From: Candidatus Omnitrophota bacterium
GTDB taxonomy: Bacteria > Omnitrophota > Gorgyraeia > Duberdicusellales > Duberdicusellaceae
Direction: 5' to 3'
DNA: 64,000 nucleotides
NCBI GenBank assembly: GCA_016932855.1
Contig: JAFGCB010000025.1
Location: forward strand, 13,868 to 77,867
Positions 46,663 to 57,087 of this stretch are shown here, one piece after another; position 1 is the stretch's first letter; each line of letters opens with the position of its first letter. A program made the position numbers and the translations under genes. The notes under the pieces were generated by a model. It did no database searches and had not been told where the DNA came from. It saw nothing but the letters and a program-made list of their open reading frames with translations.

Positions 46663-49600
46663 ATGGAACATTCAGATTTCGTTCATTTGCACGTCCACAC
46701 ACAATACAGCCTTTTAGACGGAGCCTGTCTTTTAAGCAGATTGCTGCAAAGAGCAAGCGAGCTTAAATTCCCTTCTTTGGCGATAACCGATCACGGAAAC
46801 CTTTTCGGAGCAATAGAATTCTATAGCTTGTGTTTTGAATACGGCATTAAGCCTATTATCGGAGCGGAATGTTATCTCGCGCCGAATTCGAGATTTGAGA
46901 AGAATTCACGAAGCCTGGAGGAGAACCAGTACCACATAGTTCTTTTGGTCAAAGATCACCAGGGCTATAAGAATCTTATTAAGTTGGTGAGCCTCGGCTA
47001 CTTGGAGGGTTTTTACTACAAGCCCCGGATAGACAAGGAGCTGCTTTCTCAGTATCACCAGGGGCTTATTTGTTTATCAAGCTGTCTTAAAGGCGAGATA
47101 CCCCGGAACATTCTTCAAAATAAATTCAGCCAAGCTTTAAAGACCGCCGACGATTATCTTCAAATTTTCGGCAAAGGGAATTTTTATTTGGAGGTTATGG
47201 AGAACGGAATACCCGAGCAGAAGACAGTAAACCACCAAATTTTGAAGATTTCCAAAGATTTAGGTTTGCCCTTGGTAGCCACCAATGACGTACATTACAT
47301 TAATCGCCAGGCTTCTTTTGCGCATGAGGTCCTTGTCTGCATTCAGACCCAGACTACTTTGACTGATCCCACGAGAATGAAGCTTAACAGCGATCAGTTT
47401 TATCTGCGCAGCGCTGAAGAGATGAAAGAGCTTTTCAAGGACTTGCCGCAGGCAGTATCCAATACTCTCGAGATAGCTGATAAGTGTAACTTGGAGCTTG
47501 ATTTTTCCCAGCTTCATCTCCCCAAATTTCCCTTGCCTGAATCAGTTGATGAAAATGTTTACTTGGAGAAACTTTGTGAGGAAAACTTACCTAGGCGCTT
47601 CAAGACGATAACCGCCCAAATGAAGGAAAGACTTTCAGCGGAGCTTAATATTATAAAAAAGACCGGTTTCGCCAGTTACTTTCTTATTATTTGGGATTTA
47701 ATAAAATATGCCAAAGAAAACCATATCCCTGTCGGTCCCGGCAGAGGTTCGGCCGCCGGAAGTTTGGTCAGTTTCACCTTAGGGATAACCGATGTAAACC
47801 CCTTGGCCTACAATCTCATATTCGAAAGATTCCTTAATCCTCAAAGAGTTACCATGCCTGATATCGATATAGACTTTTGTTATGAAAAGAGGCCGCAGGT
47901 CCTGCAGTATGTAGCGAATAGATACGGGGCCGGAAATGTAGCCCAGATTATCACTTTCGGGACCATGCTTTCCCGGGCTGTGGTAAGGGATGTGGGAAGA
48001 GTAATGGATTTCAGCTATTCTGAGGTCGACAGGATCGCCAAGCTCATACCTCACGAGAGCGGTATGACCTTACAGAGAGCGTTAGAGGTTAATCCCGAGC
48101 TTAAATCGATTTACGATAAAGATCAGAGGATAAAAGAGCTTATCGATACTGCTTTTTACTTAGAAGGCCTTTCCCGGCATGCTTCAGTCCACGCAGCCGG
48201 AGTGGTCATAAGCGATAAACCTTTGGTTGAATATGTTCCTTTATTCAGAACTCCCGATGACCAGGTGGTAACCGGTTTTGATATGAAATCTTTGGAAAAG
48301 ATAGGCCTCTTGAAGATGGATTTCTTAGGTCTTAAAACGCTTACTGTAATAGAGGAGACGGTAAAGATAATAAGGCGCACCCAGGGAAAAGCGATAGACA
48401 TAGATTCGATGTTCCTTTCCGATAAGAAAACTTATCAGCTGTTAACTATCGGAAATACCGCCGGGGTGTTCCAGGTAGAAAGTACAGGCATGAAAGAGCT
48501 TCTTAAGAGGCTTAAGCCCGAGAAGTTCGAGGATTTGATAGCGGTACTTGCTTTATACAGACCCGGTCCCATCGGAAGCGGCATGCTGGAGGATTTTATA
48601 CAGAGACGGCATAATCATAAGCCGGTCAATTATTTTCATCCCAGGCTTGAGCCTATCCTTAAAGAAACTTACGGAATAATTGTTTTCCAGGAGCAAGTTA
48701 TGCAGATCGCTTCGGCTCTTGCCGGCTTTACCTTCGCTGAAGCAGATTTATTAAGACGGGCTATGGGCAAGAAAATTTCCGAAGTAATGGAGGAGCAGAG
48801 AAAGCATTTTGTCGATGGTTGTATAAAAAATAAGATTCCGGAATCAATAGCTCAGAAGATATTCGATTTGATGGAATATTTCGCCGGTTACGGTTTTAAT
48901 AAAAGTCATTCTACCGCTTACGCCCTTATTTCATATAGAACAGCATATCTTAAGGCGAACTTTCCGGTTGAATTTATGTGCGCTCTTTTAACCTCAGAGA
49001 AGGATAATACCGATAAATTGGTTGAATACATAAACGAGGCTAAGCGTATGAATATAGAAATCTTACCTCCTGATATTAATCAGAGTTTTGCCGATTTTAC
49101 CGCCGTAGGCAAAACACGTATTAGGTTCGGGCTTCTGGCGATAAAAAATCTGGGAGATGCGGCGGTAAGAAATATTATTGAAAATCGTAGAAATGAAGGA
49201 AAATTCAAAGATATCTTTGATTTCTGCAGCAGGCTTGATTCTAAGGCAACAAATAAGAAGGTAATTGAAAGTCTTATAAAATGCGGGGCAATGGATGATT
49301 TCGGAAAAAGGGCTCAACTTCTGCAGGTTGTGCCGAAAATTTTAGAGTTAGCAAACCGGCTTTCTCGGGAGAAGGCTTCAGGCCAACTATCGATTTTTGG
49401 CGACGCGTTTTTATCAGGAGGCATAGATAAAAAGATGCTCCAGCTGCCGGATATTGAAGAGTGGCCTAAGCAGCAGATTCTCCAATTCGAAAAAGACCTT
49501 TTGGGTTTCTACATTACCGGCCATCCTCTAGCCAAATACCAGCAGCTTATAAAAAGGGCTAGAATTTTAAAGATCCGCGATGTATTCAGCCAATCTTTGC

Positions 49601-50115
49601 CTCGGCAGGATGAGCCGGTTGTCGCCGGTCTTATTGACAAGATTATTTTGACTACTACCCGAAAGTCTAAAGAGTTAATGGCGATTTTACGGATTGAGGA
49701 TGAGGATTCTTTTTTGGAGGCTTTTATTTTTCCTAAGGCATTCGAACAGGTAAGGGATCGTCTTAAGAAAGGAAGTATAATAGCAGCCCAGGGAAGAGTC
49801 AGTCTTAAGGAAGGCGCGCCCCGGCTTCTGGTGAGTAAAATAATCGATCTTGAGGAGGTTTATAGGTGGGTTTCCAAAATCGACCTGTATATAGAAAATC
49901 CAACTCAAGAGGTAGTCGATGAACTCAAAGCAATTCTTAAGACCTCTGTTGGCAGCACTCCCGTTGTTTTTCATTTCCTGCACCCTGAGATTAAATTCGT
50001 AAAGGTAAAACCCGGCAAGGATTTCTATGTTGAGCCTCGGGAGGGTTTACTTGGTCAGCTTTCTTCTTTGCTGGGTGAGAAAAATCTTTCTCTTACCCTG
50101 TCCGCTTCCGGCTGA
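46663..50115 (+). CDS. dnaE: DNA polymerase III alpha subunit
   Basis: PHP domain HLHVH, GRGSAAGS, PDIDIDF, GFNKSH, OB fold. Confidence 0.98.
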   Translation: MEHSDFVHLHVHTQYSLLDGACLLSRLLQRASELKFPSLAITDHGNLFGAIEFYSLCFEYGIKPIIGAECYLAPNSRFEKNSRSLEENQYHIVLLVKDHQGYKNLIKLVSLGYLEGFYYKPRIDKELLSQYHQGLICLSSCLKGEIPRNILQNKFSQALKTADDYLQIFGKGNFYLEVMENGIPEQKTVNHQILKISKDLGLPLVATNDVHYINRQASFAHEVLVCIQTQTTLTDPTRMKLNSDQFYLRSAEEMKELFKDLPQAVSNTLEIADKCNLELDFSQLHLPKFPLPESVDENVYLEKLCEENLPRRFKTITAQMKERLSAELNIIKKTGFASYFLIIWDLIKYAKENHIPVGPGRGSAAGSLVSFTLGITDVNPLAYNLIFERFLNPQRVTMPDIDIDFCYEKRPQVLQYVANRYGAGNVAQIITFGTMLSRAVVRDVGRVMDFSYSEVDRIAKLIPHESGMTLQRALEVNPELKSIYDKDQRIKELIDTAFYLEGLSRHASVHAAGVVISDKPLVEYVPLFRTPDDQVVTGFDMKSLEKIGLLKMDFLGLKTLTVIEETVKIIRRTQGKAIDIDSMFLSDKKTYQLLTIGNTAGVFQVESTGMKELLKRLKPEKFEDLIAVLALYRPGPIGSGMLEDFIQRRHNHKPVNYFHPRLEPILKETYGIIVFQEQVMQIASALAGFTFAEADLLRRAMGKKISEVMEEQRKHFVDGCIKNKIPESIAQKIFDLMEYFAGYGFNKSHSTAYALISYRTAYLKANFPVEFMCALLTSEKDNTDKLVEYINEAKRMNIEILPPDINQSFADFTAVGKTRIRFGLLAIKNLGDAAVRNIIENRRNEGKFKDIFDFCSRLDSKATNKKVIESLIKCGAMDDFGKRAQLLQVVPKILELANRLSREKASGQLSIFGDAFLSGGIDKKMLQLPDIEEWPKQQILQFEKDLLGFYITGHPLAKYQQLIKRARILKIRDVFSQSLPRQDEPVVAGLIDKIILTTTRKSKELMAILRIEDEDSFLEAFIFPKAFEQVRDRLKKGSIIAAQGRVSLKEGAPRLLVSKIIDLEEVYRWVSKIDLYIENPTQEVVDELKAILKTSVGSTPVVFHFLHPEIKFVKVKPGKDFYVEPREGLLGQLSSLLGEKNLSLTLSASG

Positions 50116-50327
50116 GCCAGCCTTTTCTCTAAAGGTTTCATAAAGAATAATTTTTACGCATCCGTATAACTTCCTATTGTTCAACATGTTATGATTAATA
50201 TTTTTTTCGGTGGTCGGTTAATAGGCGGCTGAATATGAAAAAATCCTTGAAAATAAAAGATTTTCTGCGTTGAAGCACTTTAAATTTGTTATAAGGCAGT
50301 CTGTTTTTTGGGGATAAAAACTTTTTC

Positions 50328-50356
50328 TTGACATCAATTTAATTAAGTGATATAAA
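50328..50356 (+). promoter_or_regulatory. Sigma70-type promoter of the HU-hisS-aspS operon
   Basis: TTGACA-17-TATAAA. Confidence 0.65.
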
Positions 50357-50449
50357 ACCTAAGTATTTAATTACCAATGGGTAACATACGATTTCCTGCC
50401 TAGTTTAAAGTCAAGAAATTGCTTTTTCTTTAAGAATAGGGGGTAGAAG

Positions 50450-50722
50450 ATGACTAAAAAAGAGATTGTGCTCAAAATCGCTGATGAGACTAAGTTTAAG
50501 CAGGTTGTTGTCAAAAAGGTAGTGCACCGGGTTTTCGATGTTATGCTTGGTTCGCTTCTTAGGGGTGAGAAAATCGAGATTAGAAACTTCGGAGTTTTTA
50601 AGGTAAAAAAGAGAAAACCCCGTATAGGCAGAAACCCTAGGACAAATCAGCCTGTTCCCGTGCCGGAGCGAAAGACTGTAGTATTTAAACCAGGCTTGGA
50701 AATGAAGCAAAAGATAAAGTAG
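50450..50722 (+). CDS. HU/IHF family DNA-binding protein
   Basis: MTKKEIV, IRNFGVF, GRNPRT, FKPG. Confidence 0.95.
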   Translation: MTKKEIVLKIADETKFKQVVVKKVVHRVFDVMLGSLLRGEKIEIRNFGVFKVKKRKPRIGRNPRTNQPVPVPERKTVVFKPGLEMKQKIK

Positions 50723-50743
50723 GTCTTTAAAGATAGGCCCTTA

Positions 50744-51991
50744 ATGTCCGCAAGATATAGACTTCCCAGAGGCACAAAAGATTTCCTTCCCCAAGAGGCT
50801 TATGCAGTAAGTTTATTGGAGAATAACTCCCGCAAGATTTTCCGTATCTACGGATACGAAGAAGTAAGACTCCCTTTTATAGAGAATAGCGAAGTTTTCA
50901 TACGCAGCCTCGGCCAAACCAGCGAGATAATCGAAAGGCAGATTTTTAAAATAGAAGCAAAGGATAATCTTTGTTTACGTCCAGAGGCAACGGCCCAGGT
51001 GGTGCGCAGCTATATAGAGAACGCTTTTTATCAGCACAAGCTTTCCAAGCTGTTTTACATAGGGGCGATGTTTAGAGGTGAACGTCCCCAGAAGGGAAGG
51101 CTTAGGCAATTTCATCATATCGGCGCCGAAGCAATAGGACAAAGTTCACCTTTTCTGGATGTTGAAGTCATAAGCTTAGCTAGGGATTTATTGCTGGAAT
51201 TAGGGGTAGATAAATTCGAGCTAAAAATAAATTCTCTAGGCTGCGTCGAGGATAAGGAGAGGTTAAAAGCTCTCTTGCGCGAAAAGTTGTCCAGTAAGCA
51301 TGGGCGTTTATGCGAAGATTGCCAAAAGAGGTTTTCGGTTAATATATTACGGGTTCTTGATTGCAAAAAGCCTGCCTGTAAGGAGCTAGTGGCTTCGCTC
51401 GATATTGGCAGAAGCTATTTATGCAAGGATTGCAGCGGATATTTTGACACGATTTTGGATATGCTAAAATCGCTTTCTATAGATTACAGCCATGTGGCAA
51501 CTTTGGTAAGAGGTCTTGATTACTATACTCGGACAGTGTTTGAATTTACTTCCCCGCTTTTAGGGGCTCAAGATGCTGTGGGCGCCGGCGGCAGGTACGA
51601 TAACCTGGTTCAAGAGCTCGGCGGTCCTTCCAGGCCGGCTTGCGGTTTTGCTTTAGGCTTAGAAAGAATACTTTTGCTTCGGGGCAAAGAACCAAAGCCC
51701 CGCCTCAGAGCTTTTGTTGTCTATGCCGCCCAAGATTTGCAGAAACAAGCCTTTATGGTTTTGAGATCCCTGCGACAGGCAGGAATTTCTTCGGATATGA
51801 GCTTTGATTTTACCTCTCTTAAATCCCAGCTGCGCTTGTGCCAAAAACTTGAGGCTGATTTTGCGGTTATTCTTGGTCCGGATGAGATGCGGGATAAAAT
51901 ACTTATATTAAGGGATATGAAGGCTTCGGTTCAGGATAAGATTGAGATTAACGATTTAATTAAACGGCTTAAGCCTAAAGAACAGGATTAG
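50744..51991 (+). CDS. hisS: Histidine--tRNA ligase
   Basis: RGTKD, LRPEAT, FRGERPQKGRLRQFH, VRGLDYY, GGRYD. Confidence 0.97.
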   Translation: MSARYRLPRGTKDFLPQEAYAVSLLENNSRKIFRIYGYEEVRLPFIENSEVFIRSLGQTSEIIERQIFKIEAKDNLCLRPEATAQVVRSYIENAFYQHKLSKLFYIGAMFRGERPQKGRLRQFHHIGAEAIGQSSPFLDVEVISLARDLLLELGVDKFELKINSLGCVEDKERLKALLREKLSSKHGRLCEDCQKRFSVNILRVLDCKKPACKELVASLDIGRSYLCKDCSGYFDTILDMLKSLSIDYSHVATLVRGLDYYTRTVFEFTSPLLGAQDAVGAGGRYDNLVQELGGPSRPACGFALGLERILLLRGKEPKPRLRAFVVYAAQDLQKQAFMVLRSLRQAGISSDMSFDFTSLKSQLRLCQKLEADFAVILGPDEMRDKILILRDMKASVQDKIEINDLIKRLKPKEQD

Positions 51992-51996
51992 AATAA

Positions 51997-53385
51997 ATGT
52001 TAAGAACGCATACTTGCGGTCAATTAAAAAAGGAAGACCTGAATAATGAAGTGGTTCTTTGCGGTTGGGTAGCAGCCCGTCGGGATCACGGAAAAATAAT
52101 TTTTATTGATATTAGGGATAGATTCGGTTTAACTCAGCTTGTTTTCGTAAAGGGCGTTTCTTTAGAGTCTTACCAAGAAGCCGAGAAGCTAAGAAATGAA
52201 GATGTTATAAGGGTTGAAGGAAAAGTGGCCTTACGTCCAAAGGGCACAATTAATCCTAAGCTGCCTACCGGTGAGGTCGAAGTCACGGCTTCGAAATTGA
52301 CAATTTTGAATAGAGCAGAGGATATGCCTTTTCTGGTAGAGGATGAAGTGGAAGCTTCGGAGGAGATACGGCTTGCTCACCGGTTTTTGGATTTAAGGCG
52401 GAAGAAACTGATTGATAATTTGACCCTTCGGCACGAGGTTATCCAGAGTATGAGAGGTTTTTTGAACCAGAATGCTTTTTTGGAGATTGAAACACCTTTT
52501 CTTACTAAGTCTACCCCTGAAGGGGCCAGAGATTTTTTGGTTCCCTCGCGCTTAAACCCGGGTTGTTTTTACGCCCTCCCCCAGTCGCCTCAGCTTTTCA
52601 AGCAGATACTTATGGTTTCAGGCATGGACCGGTATTATCAGGTTGCCAGGTGCTTTAGGGACGAAGATTTACGAAAGGACCGGCAGCCCGAGTTTACTCA
52701 GATAGATTTGGAGATGTCTTTTATTGAAGAAGATGACGTTTATGCTGTAATGGAGAAGCTTTTACATTCTGTATTCAAGAATGTTTTAGGCGAAGAGCTT
52801 AAGATTCCTTTTCCCAGGATGACTTACCACCAAGCCCAGGATAAGTATTCCAGCGATAAGCCGGACTTGGAGTCAGGGGAGAAATTCCGTTTTCTTTGGG
52901 TTGTGGAGTTCCCTCTTTTTAAATATAACGAAGAGGAGAAGCGCTGGGACAGCGAGCACCACCCTTTCACCGCCCCCTTTAGGGAGGATGAACCTTTGCT
53001 GGGAGAGGATCCCTCAAGAATAAGGTCACGTTCTTACGATCTAGTTTTAAACGGACAAGAAATAGGCAGCGGTTCAATAAGGATACATACCCTTGATTTA
53101 CAGAAAAAGATATTTGAACTTCTTAATATAAGTCAAAACGAAGCTCAGGAAAAGTTCGGTTTTTTGCTTAAAGCCTTAAAGTATGGCGCTCCTCCTCATG
53201 GAGGGTTTGCTTTAGGCCTGGACAGGCTTTTGGCAATATTAACCGATTCTTCTTCTATAAGAGAAGTAATCGCTTTTCCCAAAACACAAAAAGGGGCTTG
53301 TCTTTTAACTGAGGCTCCTTCCAGAGTTTCTGGCTGGCAGTTGAAGGAGCTTAATATTGAGACGATTAATACAGATCAAGGCTGA
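51997..53385 (+). CDS. aspS: Aspartate--tRNA(Asp/Asn) ligase lacking the GAD domain
   Basis: MLRTHTCG, LPQSPQLFKQ, CFRDED.R.DRQPEF, GAPPHGG; only 462 aa. Confidence 0.95.
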   Translation: MLRTHTCGQLKKEDLNNEVVLCGWVAARRDHGKIIFIDIRDRFGLTQLVFVKGVSLESYQEAEKLRNEDVIRVEGKVALRPKGTINPKLPTGEVEVTASKLTILNRAEDMPFLVEDEVEASEEIRLAHRFLDLRRKKLIDNLTLRHEVIQSMRGFLNQNAFLEIETPFLTKSTPEGARDFLVPSRLNPGCFYALPQSPQLFKQILMVSGMDRYYQVARCFRDEDLRKDRQPEFTQIDLEMSFIEEDDVYAVMEKLLHSVFKNVLGEELKIPFPRMTYHQAQDKYSSDKPDLESGEKFRFLWVVEFPLFKYNEEEKRWDSEHHPFTAPFREDEPLLGEDPSRIRSRSYDLVLNGQEIGSGSIRIHTLDLQKKIFELLNISQNEAQEKFGFLLKALKYGAPPHGGFALGLDRLLAILTDSSSIREVIAFPKTQKGACLLTEAPSRVSGWQLKELNIETINTDQG

Positions 53386-53440
53386 AAGCCGGTAAATTTA
53401 ATAGCGTAAGTACAGGCGTTGGTTTAACCAAGGAGGTAAT

Positions 53441-53977
53441 ATGAAGAGACTAGTGATTTTTTCGGTAGCGGGTATTTGTTTTTTCCTGCTTTGGGGTTGC
53501 CGGGTCAGGACTTATACCGTCGAGAAGCCCAGGGTTGATCTGGAAATAACCGGAAACCAAGGTTATCTCCAGGGCCAAGGCCAGGAAGGTCAGGCTGAAA
53601 AGAGGACCCGGCTTGGACCGACGCGCAAGATTAGCGTCGTTGAAGTGGAGCTGAAAGAGCCTAAAACCGAACAGGAAGTGGATACAGCACCGGTTGAAGT
53701 CCAAGAAACCGCTTTAGACGAGTCAATTATCTTAGAAGAGCCTGAGTCTTTTGTTCTTGAGGAGGAAATCGAAGAGGATGCGGAATATGCGCCGGCGGAA
53801 AAGGCGCCGGAGTACAAGATTTATACCGTAGAAAAAAACGATACGCTTCAAAAAATATCTTATAAATTTTATAATACCACCCGGCGCTGGGAGAAAATAT
53901 ACAAGGCTAATAAGGATGTTTTGAAGGGCCCGGATAAAATTTATCCCGGCCAGGTACTTAAGATACCCGTTGAATAA
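53441..53977 (+). CDS. LysM-domain lipoprotein
   Basis: Lipobox LLWGC, acidic linker, C-terminal YTV..NDTL..IS...IYPGQVLKIP. Confidence 0.9.
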   Translation: MKRLVIFSVAGICFFLLWGCRVRTYTVEKPRVDLEITGNQGYLQGQGQEGQAEKRTRLGPTRKISVVEVELKEPKTEQEVDTAPVEVQETALDESIILEEPESFVLEEEIEEDAEYAPAEKAPEYKIYTVEKNDTLQKISYKFYNTTRRWEKIYKANKDVLKGPDKIYPGQVLKIPVE

Positions 53978-53983
53978 CGACTA

Positions 53984-54919
53984 ATGGAAGAGTTCGTAAA
54001 GATTGAGGATGCTTCGCGTTTGGCTGCGATAGTCGGGCCCTACGATACGAATATAAAGATAATTGAAAAGAATTTCGATGTCGAGATCTTTCTCGATAAA
54101 GAAGGGCTTTCGATAAGATCAAATTCACCTGAGGCAATTAAAAAAACCAAAAAGCTTTTAAGTCGAGTTCTAAGCCTTAACGGCGAGATTACCCAAGAAA
54201 CCGTATTTAGCTATATTAAGGCAGTCAAAAATAACGATTCGGAGGAGTCAGTCCAGAGGATCGAAGTTCCTTCTAAACGAAAGTTTGTGTATCCTAAGAC
54301 CCAGGCTCAGCAGGTTTATGTCGAGGCGATTAAGAGCTTTGACCTTGTTTTTTCTATAGGTCCGGCCGGCACGGGCAAGACTTATTTAGCGATGGCTATG
54401 GCGGTCAATTATTTGACCGGGGGTAAAGTCCGAAGGATTATTTTAACTCGACCGGCTATTGAAGCCGGTGAATCCTTGGGGTTTTTGCCCGGGGATATGT
54501 ATGAGAAGCTAGGGCCGTATTTGAGGCCTCTTTACGACGCTCTTTATGACATGATGGAAATCGACTCTATTGAGGATTATCTGGAAAGCGGGGTAATTGA
54601 AGTGGTGCCCCTGGCTTATATGAGGGGAAGGACTTTAAATAATGCCTTTATTATTCTTGATGAGGCCCAAAACTGTTCTTCTGAGCAACTGAAAATGTTT
54701 TTGACCAGGCTGGGTTTCGATTCGAAGACAGTAATAACCGGTGATATCACCCAGTCGGATTTACCGGGAGGAAAGCCTTCAGGCCTGATTGATACTTTGG
54801 ATATCCTTAAGTCAATAAAACAAATAAAGTTTATAAATCTTTCAAATAAAGACGTAGTGCGCCATGATCTTGTCCAGAAAATAATAAAAGCCTACGAGAA
54901 GCTTACGAAACGCAATTAG
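53984..54919 (+). CDS. phoH: PhoH family ATPase
   Basis: GPAGTGKT, LTRPA.EAGE.LGFLPG, MRGRT, DEAQN. Confidence 0.95.
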   Translation: MEEFVKIEDASRLAAIVGPYDTNIKIIEKNFDVEIFLDKEGLSIRSNSPEAIKKTKKLLSRVLSLNGEITQETVFSYIKAVKNNDSEESVQRIEVPSKRKFVYPKTQAQQVYVEAIKSFDLVFSIGPAGTGKTYLAMAMAVNYLTGGKVRRIILTRPAIEAGESLGFLPGDMYEKLGPYLRPLYDALYDMMEIDSIEDYLESGVIEVVPLAYMRGRTLNNAFIILDEAQNCSSEQLKMFLTRLGFDSKTVITGDITQSDLPGGKPSGLIDTLDILKSIKQIKFINLSNKDVVRHDLVQKIIKAYEKLTKRN

Positions 54920-54927
54920 CTTAGCTG

Positions 54928-56295
54928 ATGAAAAGAATTAAAAATATCGCGATCGGGAGAATGATTATTGCCGGTTTATTTATTTTAAGCGCGGGGGTAG
55001 TATTCTATCTTAACGATATTAATATAACTTTTCTTATTGTTTTATTTTTCCTGACCTATTATATCAAAGGCCTGCGCAAAAAGACGGATCCCGATTATTT
55101 AGCCTTAAGTTTCTTATTTACGTTGAGTTTTGCCTGTTTGATTTGGGGTAAAAACTTAGGTCTTGATCCTTATTCTTCAACGGTCATAGCCTTGGCTATC
55201 TTGGTTAATGTTTTATATATGGATTCAGAGTTCAGCTTCGCTTATTTATTTTTTATCTGTATCCTTTCCAGCGTTATCTTCGAATACGACTTTAAAATCT
55301 TTATTATTTATCTGGTTGCCGGATCTACGGCAATTTTCTTAAGTATTAATGTCCGCAAGAGATTCGACATCATTAAGGCCGGATTTCTAGCCGGGTTTAT
55401 GCAGTTTTTGATGGTTGCCGGCTTTATGTCTTTTTCTGCGCCTTTTAGTTTTGTTCAGCCTTTGCGCTTAAGCCTTTTAACCGGCATGATTTCTTCAGTG
55501 GTAGTGATTGGATTCCTTACGATATTCGAGCATTTATTAGGTGTGGTTACTAATATTTCTCTTTTAGAGCTATCGGATTTTAACCATCCTTTGCTTAGAC
55601 GGATGATTTTGGAGGCCCCGGGGACATATCAGCATTCGTTGGTAGTGGCGAATTTAGCAGAAGCAGCCGCTGAAGCAGTGGGAGCTAATTCCCTTTTGGC
55701 CCGAGTCGGCGCTTATTATCATGACATAGGCAAGATTTCCAAATCCGAGTATTTTTCAGAGAATCAAATGCTTTCGGGGTATAAGGATAAGCACAAAAAT
55801 TTGACACCAGCCATGAGTAAGCTGATAATAATGAATCATGTAAAAGAAGGTGTTGAGCTTGCCAAGAAGTATAACTTAAACAAAAAGATAATTGATTTTA
55901 TAAGTCAGCATCACGGCACGACCCTGGTTTACTATTTCTTTCGGCGGGCTCAGGAAATAAAGCCCACCGAGACAGAGTCGGAAGATGTTTACCGATATCC
56001 CGGTCCTAAGCCTATGTCAAAAGAAGTGGCTTTGGTCCATCTAGCTGACACTATTGAGGCAAGTTCCCGGGCTTTAGAAGAGGCGACCCCGGCCAGGATA
56101 AAGGAAATGGTTAGGGAGGCTATCTTGAATAAGTTTTTAGACGGCCAGCTTGACGAGACCGAGCTTACCTTAAGAGATTTAGAGAAAGTGGCTGAAATTT
56201 TCACCCGGATGCTTAACGCCATGTTTCATACAAGAGTTGACTACCCTAAGCCCCAGGACCCCGATGCCAACAACAAGCCTTCTTCGAGTGAGTGA
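54928..56295 (+). CDS. Membrane HD-family phosphohydrolase (PgpH/YqfF-like, no extracellular domain)
   Basis: About 7 TMs, then EAPGTYQHS, YYHDIGK, HHGTT, YRYPGPKP. Confidence 0.88.
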   Translation: MKRIKNIAIGRMIIAGLFILSAGVVFYLNDINITFLIVLFFLTYYIKGLRKKTDPDYLALSFLFTLSFACLIWGKNLGLDPYSSTVIALAILVNVLYMDSEFSFAYLFFICILSSVIFEYDFKIFIIYLVAGSTAIFLSINVRKRFDIIKAGFLAGFMQFLMVAGFMSFSAPFSFVQPLRLSLLTGMISSVVVIGFLTIFEHLLGVVTNISLLELSDFNHPLLRRMILEAPGTYQHSLVVANLAEAAAEAVGANSLLARVGAYYHDIGKISKSEYFSENQMLSGYKDKHKNLTPAMSKLIIMNHVKEGVELAKKYNLNKKIIDFISQHHGTTLVYYFFRRAQEIKPTETESEDVYRYPGPKPMSKEVALVHLADTIEASSRALEEATPARIKEMVREAILNKFLDGQLDETELTLRDLEKVAEIFTRMLNAMFHTRVDYPKPQDPDANNKPSSSE

Positions 56296-56317
56296 ATAAT
56301 CAATCCTAAATTTATTC

Positions 56318-56797
56318 TTGTCTTCAGTGAAAGTCGAAATAATAAATAGCCAGAGAATAATAAAGATACGTAAATCCAGCCTTAAACGATTTATCGCCAG
56401 GATTTCCGACGCTTTGGGTTTTAAAGAAGGCCGAATTTCGTTCGTTTTTACCGACAATAAGAATATCCGGTCCTTAAACAAGAAATATTTCGGCAGAGAC
56501 CATCCCACCGACGTAATCGCCTTTTCCTTAGACGATGCATGCGATCCCCTTAATACCCTGGGTGAGATAGTTATTTCAACCGAGCAAGCCCGGGAGAACT
56601 CAGGAAAGTTCCGAACGAGCATTGAAGAAGAATTATTGCTTTACGTCTTGCACGGATTGCTGCATATCTTGGGATTCGAGGATAAGACTAAAAGCGGAAA
56701 AAATAAAATGAAGAGAATCCAAAAGCATCTTTTTAATTTTCTAAATCTTAAAGAAGAAGTCATCTCCGATTCCTTTATAGCGGGCTCTTCGCTCTAG
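56318..56797 (+). CDS. ybeY: rRNA maturation endoribonuclease YbeY
   Basis: PTDVIAF, LGEIVIS, HGLLHILGFED; start codon uncertain. Confidence 0.9.
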   Translation: MSSVKVEIINSQRIIKIRKSSLKRFIARISDALGFKEGRISFVFTDNKNIRSLNKKYFGRDHPTDVIAFSLDDACDPLNTLGEIVISTEQARENSGKFRTSIEEELLLYVLHGLLHILGFEDKTKSGKNKMKRIQKHLFNFLNLKEEVISDSFIAGSSL

Positions 56798-56869
56798 TTT
56801 ATAAATTATTTTCTTCATTTATCTCACCGTAAACGTTTCATTTTTTTTTCGAATATTTGAGAAAAAGGG

Positions 56870-56898
56870 TTGACAGGTTTTTTAAAATTTGTTACATT
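56870..56898 (+). promoter_or_regulatory. Sigma70-type promoter
   Basis: TTGACA-17-TACATT with TGn. Confidence 0.65.
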
Positions 56899-56954
56899 AA
56901 ATATTGTAAGGAAAATGTTTTAAAAGTTATTCATCCAACAAAAAGGAGGTGAGA

Positions 56955-57005
56955 ATGGCAAAGAAGAAAGCAAAGAAAAAGGCAACAAAGAAAAAGAAGA
57001 AATAA
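56955..57005 (+). CDS. 16-aa Lys-rich peptide MAKKKAKKKATKKKKK
   Basis: Perfect RBS AGGAGGTGA, with a promoter upstream and a terminator downstream. Confidence 0.6.
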   Translation: MAKKKAKKKATKKKKK

Positions 57006-57087
57006 GACAGCGATCACCTTGAGTTAGAAGCACTAGAAAAAGACAGCGACGAAAAAAAAAGAGAAGACAACAAAGAAAGTTATTAAT

